From Mobula birostris (Eukaryota): 64,000 bases of DNA. The stretch spans positions 94,183,530 through 94,247,529 of the forward strand of contig NC_092380.1 of the NCBI RefSeq assembly GCF_030028105.1, written 5' to 3'. Below are positions 49,481-62,995 of this stretch, piece after piece. Made by a program: the position numbers and the translations under genes. Under the pieces are notes generated by a model. That model saw only the letters and a program-made list of their open reading frames with translations, searched no databases and had not been told where the DNA came from. The first letter of the stretch is position 1; every line of letters starts with the position of its first letter.

Positions 49481-50259
49481 ATCAAGCAAAATGAGAAAAC
49501 TGTGGAAAATACAGGGCTATTGAAACAAAAACTTCATGCCATCATAAAAGTTGCCTTCCCAGGCAGCTAAATCTGATCAACCATTCTAGATATACACTTT
49601 CCCCCATCTCAATCAATTACCTGCATCCCTGCACTGCACTGTACACACTAAAACCACTTTTTATAATGTTGTTTGTTATGTACTGTATATTTGCACATTT
49701 TAGTCCATATCTGTCCTTTAAATTCTAATTTCAACTTTTATACAATTCTTTACTGTTTATAATTGTTGAATACTGTACTCTGATCAACACACCACAACAA
49801 ATTCCTAATACATGCAAAGAAAGTAAGTTCATCCTTACTTTCTAATGCCTCACAATTCCTGTCACTAGATTTGATTCTCACCTCTAGTGCCTTTTGTGTA
49901 CTGTGTGCAAGGTCTTCCTGTGATTGATTGGGTTACCCTGGCTTCTCCGCTTTCTCCCTGACCTCTAAAGTAGGCAGCATCACGCTCAGTTGTCTGTTTA
50001 TATCATAAGCTTCTCTTTATATAAATCACCTGATATGCACTTTTCAAACATAAAATCTGCAACATTAAATTCTGTTACCAGTTGACTTTACAGCACTTAA
50101 GTTTACAAATGGATCAATGAGACTAAAAGTGATCAATCTAATTAACTCATGGACCATATTATGGCTGGAAATTGCACTGTAATACTTCAGGCTCAGCAAA
50201 ATGTAATCAGCAAAAATATCTGCTATTGTGTGTGAATTTTAGTTTTCCTAATTAATTAA

Positions 50260-51607
50260 GGGTGGCGGGCTAGAGACACGTCTCAACCAAAGGAGGTGTA
50301 AGGTGCTCCTTCCCTCCTCTAGTCTGCAGGTCACCATTCAGCAAGGTATAGCACCTGCTTAGCTCCCTGACTGGGGTCACCTGAAGCCATGGGAACAGGT
50401 TATAGATGGTCATATGAGCGACTGGTGCATATGACAAGTCCTGGTTATGGGACCACTGACACTAGGCATACAACCTCTGAAGAGTACTGATAATGGCTGG
50501 AGTCACCTGTCTTGTAAAGACCATAAGACAAAGGAGCACCATTTGGCCCATCGAGTCTGCTCCACCATTCTATCATGAGCTGATCCAATCTCCCATTTAG
50601 TCCTACTCCCCCGCTTTCTCACCAAAACCTTTGATGCCCTGGCTACTCAGGTACCTATCAATCTCGCCCTTAAATACACCCAATGACTTGTCCTCCACTG
50701 CCGCCCGTGGCAACAAATTCCATAGATTCACCACCCTCTGGCTGAAAAATTTCTTCGCATCTCTGTTCTGAATGGGCGTCCTTCAATCCTTAGGTCATGC
50801 CCTCTCGTACTAGACTCCCCCACCACAGGAAACAACTTTGCCACATCCACTCTGTCCATGCCTTTCAACATTCGGAATGTTTCTATGAGGTCCCCCCTCA
50901 TTCTTCTAAACTCCAAGGAGTATTGTCCAAGAGCGGTCAAACGTTCCTCATATGTTAACCCTCTCATTCCTGGAATCATTCTAGTAAATCTTCCCTGAAC
51001 CTTCTCCAATATCAGCACATCCTTTCTTAAATAAGGAGCCCAAAACTGCACACAGTATTCCAAGTGATGTCTTACCAGTGCCTTATAGAGCCTCAACATC
51101 ACATCCCTGCTCCTATACTCTATTCCTCTAGAAGTGAATGCCAACATTGCATTCGCCTTCTTCACTACCAACTCAACCTGGAGGGTAACCTTAAGGGTAT
51201 CCTGCACGAGGACTCCCAAGTCCCATTGCATCTCAGAACTTTGAATTCTCTCCCCATTTAAATAATAGTCTGCCCATTTATTTCTTCTACCAAAGTGCAT
51301 AACCATATACTTTCCAACATTGTATTTCATTTGCCACTTCTTTGCCCAATCTCCCAATCTATCCAAGTCTCTGCAGACTCTCTGTTTCCTCAGCACTACC
51401 GGCCCCTCCACCTATCTTCGTATCATCAGCAAACTTAGCCACAAAGCCATCTATTCCATAATCCAAATCGTTGATGTACAAAGTAAAGACACTGGCCAGA
51501 AGAAGGCAATGGTAAACCACTTCTGTAGAAAAATTTACCAAGAACGATCATGGTCATTAGACCATAATTGTCGATGTCATACAACTCCACACATAATGAA
51601 TGAATGA
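50260..51607 (+). mobile_element. RTE-related SINE-like element split by a CR1
   Basis: GAAGAAGGCAATGGTAAACCACT block (BovA/RTE-like); (ATGA)n tail. Confidence 0.55.
50522..51482 (-). mobile_element. Young 5'-truncated CR1-like LINE with 8-bp TSD
   Basis: GTAAAGAC at 50514-50521 and 51483-51490; near-intact RT C-terminus (ORF 50728-51411). Confidence 0.9.
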
Positions 51608-52194
51608 GCTACTTCTAGCTTACCATAACTTCTGGTGATATTCTAGTATCGGGCACTGAATTTAATAAGATCCATTGCAAAAAAAGACCATAAGGCACAG
51701 AAGAAAAATTAGGCCTTTCAGCCCATCAAGTTAGCTCTACATAAAACTGATTAATTGTTCATGCACTGACTATGGTGAGTTACCATAAAATGTGAAAATT
51801 GTGCAGTAAACTTTGTTCAGAACACAAGAGATGTTAAAACAGCCTTCTGACAATTGCCTTACATTTTTCATTTTACTTGTCAATCTGAACCAGTGGCTTT
51901 ATTATGCTTATTAAATTCAGAGTAAGAATAAATTGAATTTCAGCGTTATTAAGCCATTGAAGATCATTCCACTTGTTGAATTCATATCAGTCCCTTATGG
52001 AGCAATTCCCAAGTCCTATTTCCTCACTCTTACCTCAAAGCTCCTCAAATTCATGGGTAGATATTTCTGCGGGCTCAGCATCTTGGTTTTTGTTTTTGGT
52101 TATTATTGTCACGCGTACCAAGATATAGTGAAAAGCTATATACAGATCAAAGCATTACACAATGCATTGAACTAAGTAAGGTAAAACAATAACA

Positions 52195-53405
52195 AGCAAC
52201 ACACATAAAATGCTGGAGGAACTCAGCAGGCCAGGCAGCATGTATGGAAAGAGTAAACGTTTCTTGCCGAGACCCTTCATCAGGGCTGGAGAAAAAAAGA
52301 TGAGGAGTCAGAATTAGAAGCTGGGTGGAGGGGAGGAAGAAAGACAAGGTGATAGGTGAAACCAGGAGTGGGGGAAGGGTGGACCAGAGCTAGGAAGTTG
52401 ATTGGGGAAAGCGATACAGGGCTGGAGAAGAGGCACTCTAATAGGAGAGGACGGAAGGCCATGGAAGAAGGAAAAAGGAGGAGGAGCACTAGAGGGAGCT
52501 GATGGGGAGGTAAGGAGACAAGGTGAGTGAGGGAAATTGGAATGGGGAATGGTGAAGGAAAGGGAGGATCTTTACTGGAAGTCTGAGAAATTGATGTTCA
52601 TGCCTTCAGGTTGGAAGCTACCCAGATGGAATATAAGGTGTTACTCCTCCAACCTGATTGTAGCCACATCACAACAATAGTGGAGGCCATAGACTGATGT
52701 GTCAGAATGGGATTGGAAAGTGGAATTAAAATGGGTGGGAGATCCCGCTTTTCCTGGAGGACGGAGTGTAGGTGTTTGGTGATGTGGTCTCCCGATCTAC
52801 ATAGGGTCTCACTAATATACAGGAGGCCACACCGGGAACACCAGATACAGTAGATGACCCCAACAGACTCACAGGTGAAGTGTTGCCTCACCCAGAAGGA
52901 CTGTTTGGGGTTCTGAATGGTAGTAAGGGAGGAGTTGTAGGGGCAGTTGTAGCACTTGTTCTGCTTGCAAGGGTAAGTGCTAGGAAGGAGATCAGTGGGG
53001 AACAACAAATGAACAAGGGACACACATCAAAGTTGCTGGTGAACGCAGCAGGCCAGGCAGCATCTCTAGGAAGAGGTACAGTTGACGTTTCAGGCCGAGA
53101 CCCTTCGTCAGGACTAACTGAAGGAAGAGTTAGTAAGAGATTGAAAGTGAGAGGGGGAGGGGAAGATCCAAAATGCATGGTGGTGGGATTCTGTTGGAGA
53201 ATGATGAAAGTTACGGAAAATTATGTGCTGGATGTGGAGGCTGGTGAGGTGGTAGGTGAGGACAAGAGGAAACCTATCTCTGGTAGGGTGGCGGGAGGAT
53301 GGGGTGAAGGCAGACATGCACAAAATGGATGAGATTTGGTTGAGGACAGCATTGATGGAAGAAGAGAAGCCCCTTTCTTTGAAGGAGGAGGACATCTCCT
53401 TCCAT
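52195..53405 (-). mobile_element. Penelope-like element (GIY-YIG endonuclease and 3' UTR) with a younger PLE end nested at ~53020-53172
   Basis: C...KC..CP...F.VRQHFTCES.GVIYCIWCSRCGLLYI.ET (GIY-YIG); PLVLTYH. Confidence 0.85.
53080..53115 (-). ncRNA. Minimal PLE hammerhead motif (core intact, one stem I mismatch)
   Basis: AGTC-CTGACGA-AGGGTCTCGGCCT-GAAAC-GTC-AACT. Confidence 0.65.
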
Positions 53406-53414
53406 TTTGTATAT

Positions 53415-54784
53415 GTTTGCCCTCACTCCATCCTTCTGCCACTCCATCAGGGAAAATCTGCATGAAGGACACCTGGGTACAGTCAAGATAAAGACTCTCA
53501 CCTGGAGCTACGTGTGGTAGCCAGGAATAGATAGACAGATTGAAGACTTGACCAAAAGCTCTTCAGCATTCTACAAAATGCATCCCCACAGGCACCATCA
53601 TGCCCACAGGAGTGGCTGAAATCACCATGACAAAGAGTACATCTTGACTTTTCTGGGCCATTCAAGGACTCCATGTCTCTGATTGCTGCAGATGCTCATT
53701 CAAAGTGGCCGGAGGTTATACCAATGAAGTTAACCACGTCAGAAAAGACTGTTTCCGTTCTGCGAACTATCTTCTCCAGAAATGGCTTACCAGAACAAAT
53801 TATGAATGACAATGGACCACAATACATATCAGAAGAGTTCAGACTATTCATTAAGGAAAATGACATCAAACATTTCAAGTCAGCTCCTCAGCATTCAGCA
53901 ATGAATAGGTTAGCTGAAAGGTTTGTCCAAACCTTTAAGAAGTCCATTAAAGCAATGGACAAGGAGGACATTGCTCTGCAGCACAAGGTGGACAACTTCT
54001 TTTTTGCGTATCAGAACTCTGTCATGTGATGACAGACCAAACTCCTGCATTGCTGTGCATGAGCAAGAATCTGAGATCCTGCATAGACCTCCTGAAAACA
54101 GGTCTACAGAGGAAAGTGCAGAATTTACAGTTTAGCCAGTTGCCAAGTAAATCAGCAGGGAGCTTTGAGGTTGGACAGGAAATCCTAGCACCTGAATGTT
54201 GAAAAGACAAGTGGACACCTGGTAGAATAGCTACAAGAACCAGACCACTGATGTATGCAGTGGATGTTGGAGTTCATACATGGAGACATCATATAGACCA
54301 GATAGTGGATGCTCAACTGAAGTACACACCTGAGTCGGCTGCATCCAACAAGACGGACACATTACAGTCACCGGACTTATCTCTCAGTGATGATTATGTC
54401 ACTACCAGCAACATGATACTGAAAACCGAGAAAGTTGTCTTTGACAAGACACCTGCCAAACCTGAAGCCAGTCCACAGGTCCAAAGGCACTATCCTGAAA
54501 GAAACACAGTACTATCCAAAAGACTGAATCTTTAGTATAGTACAGTCAGCTATGGCTTGTAAAAGGAAAATTGAATATTTTGTACATATACAGTTTTATG
54601 TTACACTAATCTAAAGGGGGAGGAATTGTAATGTATGAATCTACTTCTTTTAGTGCAATGACACCATACCACTACTTTTTGACTGATAACTTACCCATGC
54701 ACATTGATCTGTGTTCCTCTCTCTGCAAAGTGAATACACCAGCTAACCTCACTTCCATATGCATGCTTTTATTTAACTGATACA
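53415..54784 (+). mobile_element. Ty3/Gypsy LTR retrotransposon 3' fragment: integrase, PPT, 3' LTR
   Basis: DAHSKWPEV...GLPEQI..DNGPQ..S.EF...N.LAERFVQTFK; PPT AAAGGGGGAGGAA at 54613-54625; putative LTR TG..CA at 54627-54784. Confidence 0.85.
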
Positions 54785-56029
54785 TAGTTGTACAGACACA
54801 ACAGAACTAAATGTCAGACCCTGTACATTTGGATGGTCTTCTAATTCCACCTGCTTTACGTCATCCATGAAATTAGTTTTTATTCTTTTGCTTGTTTCTA
54901 AAATTACTGGGAATTTGACTACATCTATTATAACTGAAAGAGGAAAGAAATGGAAGATTTTGCTCGTCTGTTTGGAAAGTCCCAATAACAAACAGTGAAA
55001 CATTAAAAAGTTCATTTGCTATGGTTTGTTCTCATGCCTTGCTGTAAAGCTCTAAAACTAATATTCAATAAATAATAATTTCTAAAACGATTAACAACTT
55101 AATTAAAAAACTTTCCATGTTTCTCAAAATCTAAAACAATTTGTATACGTACTTTTGCAGGTTGTTGCGCTTGTACATAAACAGGAGGAGGTATGAGTGA
55201 AAAAATAATATTACCCCCTCTAACGTGAGATAAAAACAGAAAATGCTGGAAGTATTCAGCAGATAACTTGAACATCACATAAAAGCTTCTGTCAGAATCA
55301 AGTCTATTATTTTTAATAGATGGTCATATTGCCTGCACATTTTCTCTTCCATTCTCATTTAATATCAACACATCTTCTCTCTGCACAGATGCTGTCTGAC
55401 ATGATATAATTCCAGTGCTTTGCCTTTAAACTTGTCAAAGAAAAACTTGGCCATGAATACCACAAAAAAAATCGATGTAGAAATGATTTAAAGTTGACAG
55501 AAAATTGACTGAAGCCTGTCATTACAATTTTCTGAAGAAAAAAACAAAATAAATGTTCATAATAAACTTACAAAATTGATCAAGAGCCCTAGCTCTGCAG
55601 TGAAGGAAAGAATATTGCACCAAAGATAAAAAACATAGTCAACGTAGGGTTCCAATCTAAATGATGCTGATTTGCAGTCTCTGTCGAGGTCATGACTCAG
55701 ATTTAGTTATTTCTTAGGTTCATAAGGATGATTTTGGGAAAGAAAATTTAGTGTTTAGGGACAGGGATGTGTGTGAGTTAGAGGCCAGGCTGGAGTGTAG
55801 GCTTCGGCTTCATGTTTGAAGGCCAGCGATGTGGACATGTGATGAAGGACTCCCATGAACAGATGTCAGGCCAGCAAGCAATGTGGAAGGAGGCCAGTGA
55901 GGAAGATGGCTTATGGCTGACAGGGTCAGCGAGCCCTCACAGGTCTGTGGGGTCAGGATCAGAGGTTCATGCAGGCCGGGGCATAAAGGTCAGTGATCTG
56001 CTAGGTACGTGAGCACAGCAATAGTAAAT

Positions 56030-59000
56030 TTTAATTGTCCCTTTCAGGGCTAAAGACTTAATTGCTGTGGAGGATTTCTTCCTGTTGTGGGATAATGTAT
56101 TTCCTGACAAACTGACGCAATCTCCAGTCTATAGGGGAGTGGTCCCGTTCTGTCTTAATCTTCCCAAGTACCCACTTTTAATCACCTCTGTAATCTCCAG
56201 GACTGCTTGCCCAGGAGTGGAACACTGAACCTTGTTTCAGAAGCACCCCTATTTGTCTCAGCTGTTTGTCCTGTATACTTATTGTGAGGTTAGGTTTGAG
56301 GAGATCCAAGCAGGAGCACGAGGGAGGACCCAGGAAAAGCATAGCCGCTGAGTTGTTGGTGGTGGCGTGTGCTGCATTGCGAAATGCAAGGAGGAAGTTG
56401 GTGAGCTTCTGATTCAGTGTCAGTGTAGTGTGTCCTGCTGACATTGTTCATAATGCATTCTTTAGACTCTGGACAAAACTTTCTGCAAAGTCATTTGTAG
56501 CTGGGTGATACGGTGCAGATGTAATGTGTCACATTCCATTCATTTCCAGGAATGACTGAAACTGTTCCACAACAAAGTGTGGTCCATTCTCACTGACTAG
56601 GTGTTCTGGAACACCAATACTTGAGAGGAGATTTGTCAACACATCAACAGTGTGCAAAGCTGTAGTGGAGGCTATTGGGAACACTTCTGGCCACATTGCA
56701 GCTGCATCCACTACTACCAAGAGATTTGTGCCGACAAATGGTCTGGCAAAATCCACACGAATCCTCTGCCAGGGCAATATAGGCCATTGTCAGAGATGGA
56801 GAGGCACTGCTCTTGGTATCTTCTGGATGTGTTGGCATCCCGAACAGCACATAGCAAACCACTTGATCTGCTGGTCTAACCCAGGCCACCAGACAAAGCC
56901 TTGAGCCAACACTTCTGTTTTACCATATTAAATGACCAGCATGTAGCTTCTCCAACACTAGCTATCGGATCCCCACATAAGCTAACTCCCGTAAAAGGCA
57001 AGTTCATCCTGCTGCTGGTAAAATGAGAGAAATGGAATTTCCTGATGCACATTCCAGCCATTTTTGGTTGCCATGTAGATCTGAAACCGTGTGAAGTCTT
57101 TTCTGGTCTCCCTTTGGATCATCACTGCCGTAATAGGGAAACTTTCGATTTGCATTAGGGAGAAAGCATTAGTCAAGAGGTGTGTCTTTTTTTTGTAAAT
57201 TTTTTCTGGTATTTCTTTTTCCAAGGGTAAATGGGGCAATCCATCAGCATTTCAATGATTGGTTGTCCTCTTGAATTCAATCTGGTAATTGTGTCCTCCG
57301 AGAAACAGAGCCCATCTCTACATTCCTGCTGCTGCTCCTGCTCCTGCATTCCTGTTAGTGGAACACCCTTCTGTGGATTGGTAAAAGCGCTTTGTGAATG
57401 TTTATGGTGAGAAACATTTTGGACACTTCTTCCATCTCGATCTGTAGGTAGGCCTCACCAAGTCCTCTTTACTGAAGTGTTTCCCTCCAGATAGGTTGGC
57501 AAAGATATCCTCCATCTTGAGTGGAGGGTGTTGATCTACTTTCAGTACTGGGTTAATGATGGCCTAAAAATCACCATATATCAAGCCAGGCTCATTCTTC
57601 TTGGCTACTGGGACCATTGGCATCACCCTTGGGCTCTACTCAACCTTGGAAATAATTCCTTCAGCCTCCACATCATCTAGCTCTCAGGCAATTTTATCAC
57701 AGATGCTATAAGGAATTGGACAGACTTTGTAAAATCTGGGCATGGCATTTTAACACTATTTTACCCTTGATGTGTTTGAATTTTGCAATGCCATTATCGG
57801 ATATCTGCTGTGGCATCATCCAGTACTTCTGTCAATTCCTTTTCAGTTGACTCTATTGCATGGATGTGGCATGCAAATAGTGGATGGATCTCCAATCAAA
57901 TTGTAGCTGTTTCAGCCAATCACAGACCCACAATGCTGGCTCTCCTATTTTTACCACATACAAGCCCTAGCTGTCTTATTGGTTGTTGTATTTCACTGTT
58001 ACAAATGTCATTCCCACTGGAGTTATCTTTTCTCCAATATAAGTTCTAAGTTAGATATCTGGAAGCTTCAGTTCAGTATCTTTGAAATGCTATTCAAACT
58101 CATTTTAGGGAATGATGACACAGCAATGCCAGTGTCTAATTCCATTTTAATGAATTTTCTGTTCGCTTCTGGTGTAAGCCATGTTGCTTGTCTCTTGTTA
58201 GTTTTCACACTGTAAATCTCAAGGCTCCTCAGTCCTGAGTCACTCTCATCATTATCAGATTTTCATCAACAGCATGTAGATTGGTGCTCGTTTTGAAACT
58301 GCAAAATTTACTTTTTCACTTTCTCTCCCCTGTGCAATCCATTTAGTTTTCCTCTGCCTGACATGCTCTTTGTGTGTGTCCCATTTTGTTGCATTTTCTG
58401 CAAGTTTTGCCTTTAAGCCTGCATTGGCCTGATGTATATGAACCATTGCCACAATGGTAACATTATTTGCCTGGCAGGCTTTTGTTTAGATGTTGCAATT
58501 TTTTCACACTCTCTTTCATTCCTGACTGCAACTCAATTGCAACTCTGGCTGCTGTTTCCACTGATACAGCGATTTCAACTGCTCTTTTAAATGTGAGTTT
58601 TGTTTCAGTTAGAAACATTTTTGAATGTGTTCTTGTAAGTTCCCACAAACTAAACAATCTCTTAGTGCATCATTGAACCCAGCACTGAAATAACAATGCT
58701 CAGACAATTCTTTTCAAATCAGATATATACACTGAAATGGACGCTCCTTTCTTTTGATTGTGGTTATGAAACCTAAGGTGTTCAGCAATCAGGCTCCTTA
58801 AGGTTGTTACAGCTGGGGTTGGTAATGGAGACCAGCTCCCACTACCTATTAAATGTTCCCAATGGTAATCACCTCAAATAGCCTCTGACAACCAAGGCTC
58901 CTGGTCTTCATGAGCGCCTTAGCTACTAAGCCCAGTGGACCCATTTCCACTGACAGTAGGGGCAGAAGCCAGCTACTGGCACCTTAAAACTGGTTGCTTT

Positions 59001-59800
59001 GGGTAGATGGGGCTCATTAGCTGTGGTTGACAGCTTATCTAAGAGAAGGAATATTCTGATCTCAAGCCTCCGCTGCTTTGCGTCTATACCCAATCATGGG
59101 AAAGTCTTTGGGAGTAAACTCCAAGGGAAAAAATCCAGAGTTGGGAGTCCCTAAAGCAGTCCTACATTGAGTTCAATGCAGACTGGCAACTCCTGCAATG
59201 CTGCTGGTACCAAACTGTGTCAGTCTCTGTTTTTCTTTTGATTTCATCAGATGCATGGAGAGGAGGAGCTTGCTACATGGGGAACAGCTTGCTCTCAATA
59301 TCATACTACACAGGGTTGCATATCTAGACAACTAAGACGGAACATCCATTGCTGACCCTGACCAATGGTGGCCTCACTCACTCTACAATCAACAGTGGTT
59401 TTGGTTCTAAAAGTTCCTGCATTGTGTTCATGATATCAACAATCCTGATTTCCGTTAGTTTGTTGAAGCAATTAAACATCTAAGCAAACTTTATGCTTTT
59501 CCACCAATTACACTCAGCAACACTGGCATTCATTTCTTATTGGTCATGTCATTTGCTTAAAAAAACTGCTCAATTCATTCAATATACATCATCCAGTTAT
59601 CCGTTGTGCAATTAAATGTATCTATCTTTCTGATGTAGCCAGCTATTTGTGCATTTTATTATCACCCAGTATTTATTGTTTATGAACCCTTGAATTTCAT
59701 CTGTTTTCTGCCTTTTTTCTTTTTTTTAAAAAACTCAAACATCTCTTTCCTCTTCCAAAAAAACATTTGCTGCACTTATTTTATTGAACATCTCTCTCCC
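56030..59800 (-). mobile_element. Decayed Ty3/Gypsy internal region (gag-pol)
   Basis: PWQRI.VDFA.PF.G...LVVVDA...WPEV..GVPE.LVS.NGP; gag LTF.RAVEIA.S.E.A; many frameshifts. Confidence 0.85.
58792..59380 (+). mobile_element. ~590-bp non-coding insertion (RTE-related?) in Gypsy gag
   Basis: Interrupts gag; flanked by repeated CAATCA (58786-58791 and 59386-59391). Confidence 0.55.
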
Positions 59801-59809
59801 CTTTGAAGA

Positions 59810-60490
59810 GGTCACTCTGGGAGCACCAGATACAATAGATCACTTAGCTCCCAGTGTGGCCTCTTGTATGTCGGTGAGACCTGACATAGACTGCTTTGCC
59901 GAGCACCTATACTCCATCTGCCAGAAAATGTAGGATCTCCCAGTAGCCACCCAATTTAATTCCACTTCCCATTCCCATTCTGACATGTCCATTCATGGCC
60001 TCCTCTACTGCCATGATGAGGCCACACTCAAATTGGAGAAGCAACAGCTTATGTTCCAACTGGATAGCTTCCAAACTGAAGGCATGAACATCAATTTCTC
60101 GAACTTCCAGTAATGCCCCCCACCCCACTTCTCTATTCCCCATTCCTTTTTCCCTCTCTCACCTTATCTACTTGCCTGCCCACTGCCTCCCTCAAGTGCC
60201 TCTCCCCCATTTTCTTTCTTCCATGGCCTTCTGTCTTCTCCTATTATATTCCACCTTCTCCAGGTCTATATCTCTTTCACCAATCAACTTACCAGCTCTT
60301 TACTTCAGCCCTCCATTCCAATTTCACCTATCAACTTGTGTTTCTTCCTCTCCTCCCACAACCTTCCAACTTTCACTCCTCATCTTTTTTTCACTAGTCC
60401 TGCTTAAGGGTTTCGGTCCGAAACATCAACTGTACTATTTTTCATAGTTGCTGCCTAGCCTGCTAGGTTCCTCCAGCAGCTTGTGTGTGA
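59810..60490 (+). mobile_element. Penelope-like 3' fragment
   Basis: LLYVGET..., KLEKQQLMFQLDSFQTEGMNINFSNF* and 3' UTR with a degenerate hammerhead. Confidence 0.75.
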
Positions 60491-62995
60491 TGTTTAATCA
60501 AACAATTTATTTGCAATATTACTCAAATATTACTGAAATAGCAAACACACTACAGCTTTGGATCTGTTGTTGCTATTGTTGTCGTTGCTTGTATTGCAGC
60601 AAACATTGTGGGTATGCCATGTTGGTGCCAGAATGTGTGGGCTCTTGCAAGCTGCATCCAACACATGCTTGGGTTATGAGTTTGTGCTGGTTATTAACAC
60701 AGACGATGCGGGGAGGGGGAACACGGACTAAGACCATGAGAGGCCTGTGTCCGGCATGATGCAGATGATGCAGTTCACTGTATGTTTTGATGAACTTATG
60801 AAAAATAAATAGATCTGAAACTTACCATCAATCTGTGAGTACAACAGAGCAAGATCCACTTTCCCATATTAAGTTCCACTCACTTCAATGGAATCTTACA
60901 TCAGGTGAGCCCAACAATGGAGGACTGATGTCATCATGTTATTTACTGCTGGAGACCAAGGATGAACTTCTATCCCTGGAGTTGCTTAGGATATGATCAT
61001 CCAAGTGTTGGTGACACAGAGCTGATAAGTTAAACTGAGCAAGGAGAGATTTAACAAGACCTGAATGGAAACTTTCTCCATCTAGAGGAGGGTTTCTCAG
61101 CGTATTTTCTGCCACGTACTAATACTATTAAGTAAGGGGTCAGTGGTGCCCAGGTCAGGAACCCCTGATCGAGGAGGTGGTTCAAATATGGAATATTCTC
61201 GATACTTATTATTCAATTATTTATGACTATTTCCTCTTTTTCTCTCTCCTTTCATATTTGCACAATGTGCTGTCTTTTGCACATTGACTATTTGTCCGTC
61301 CTGTTCAGTGTGGTCTTTCACTGATTCTATTGGTTTTTTTGTATTTACTATGAATAGGGTTGTATATGGTGACAGATATGTACGCTGAAAATAAATTTAC
61401 TTAGAATATGGTACTGGATGAAGTGGTTGAGACAGGTTCACTGACAATCTTAAATGACAGTGGACAAACATGTTCTTGGCTTTTGAGCGATATGAGACAA
61501 ACAGGACTAGATTGGATAAGTGCCTTGGTTTTCTTGGCCCCATTGAGCTGAACAGCATGTCTCAATGCTGTATTACTGTCTGCTCATAAATATTTTACAT
61601 CCCGTATCGAGCACACAAACAGACCATTTGTAGGAAACGTGAACCATGCAATACTAACTTAATAACCTGCTTTAGTAATGCCAGTTCAGATATTGATATG
61701 TCAGACAAAAACTTTGACTGGATAGATTCACTGTCAATTAAATTCGTGATCATACTGCTATAAATAACTATTTTATTGGCTTCTTGTATGCACATTTGTC
61801 CTCCACTTCCTGTATTTCTCTGGGGTAGAAAAAAATACATGCTCTCATTATAAGTTTAATTCTTTTCTGTTTCCTCTGCTTCTAAAGTAGTCTATTTTCT
61901 CAAGGGAATAAGTAAAACTATTGTGATACCAACGACTTGTTGCTGCAGGTCGCACACAATACCCCAGCTTCAACTCAGGTTTGCCAGTAAATACTCTGGG
62001 TTATTTGCGAGAAGTGCAACTGACGAACAGTGGCCTTTAAGCCAAGAATAAATGAAGCCACATTTAAATTTCTGCATTGTAATTCATGCCCATTAGATGT
62101 TGATCATCTTCCATAACCAAATATCAGACTCTTCATAATCACACCTTATGTGTCTGCATCTACCCATAATGGGAGAAAATTTAAATAATTAGACAAACAG
62201 TACACCAGGTTGTAATCTTACAAGTGATTAAACAGATAAATCGTGATGTACAGCTCTCTGTAGTGTTCTCCAACTCTTCAGCATCATTAGGAGGACTAAG
62301 TGGAATTGAATTTCCTTCATTTAAACAAAAACAGAGCATAAACTCCTGCATTGACTGACTGGGTTCAGTGGGCTGTTGCTATGTTGTACGACCTATGAAC
62401 TTTGAGGCAAAGCTAAATCTCATGAACAGAAGGATTCACTCATGTTCATACAAATATACTCTTAAAAATGTTGGGTGAAAGGTACGCACTCCCAGGGGGC
62501 AGAAAGATTTTTCTCTGCAACGTTGAAATGAATGAAATTAAGTACAATGTATTGTGATAACAGAAATGAGGTGGAAGAACCTAGGCCAGGTCAAAAAGAC
62601 ACAACAGAGAGAAGGCACAAATAGAATACTCTCCAAGCAAAATATTGCAAAATCTGGGAATATGAAATAGAGAATATGGGAAAAATTCAGGTCGGATTTA
62701 CCTTACTTAGTAATACAATGCAGTAGACCCTTCCAGCTCTTCACCCAACGCCACCCTAGCAACCCCGACAAATCCTAACGTAATCTCAGATCAATTCACA
62801 ATGACCAATTAACCAACCCAGTATGTCTTTGGACAGTGGGGGAAAACCTGAGCACCCAGGGAAAATGCAGGCACTCCACAGGGAGAATGTACAGAGACAC
62901 CTTACTGAACTGAACTCTGGACTCTGGAATGGTTTGCACTAATCACTATGCTACTGTTGCACCCTAGTAGCACCAGTGAAACAAGAAAGAGAATT

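Noticed and set aside
53415-59800. Two convergent Gypsy integrase regions as one element or a domesticated gene
   Set aside because: Opposite strands, different sequences, many stops and frameshifts; independent decayed insertions.
60820-60900. Minus-strand donor ATG|GTAAGT
   Set aside because: The phase-1 frame is closed by a stop with no ATG, and there is no anoctamin similarity.
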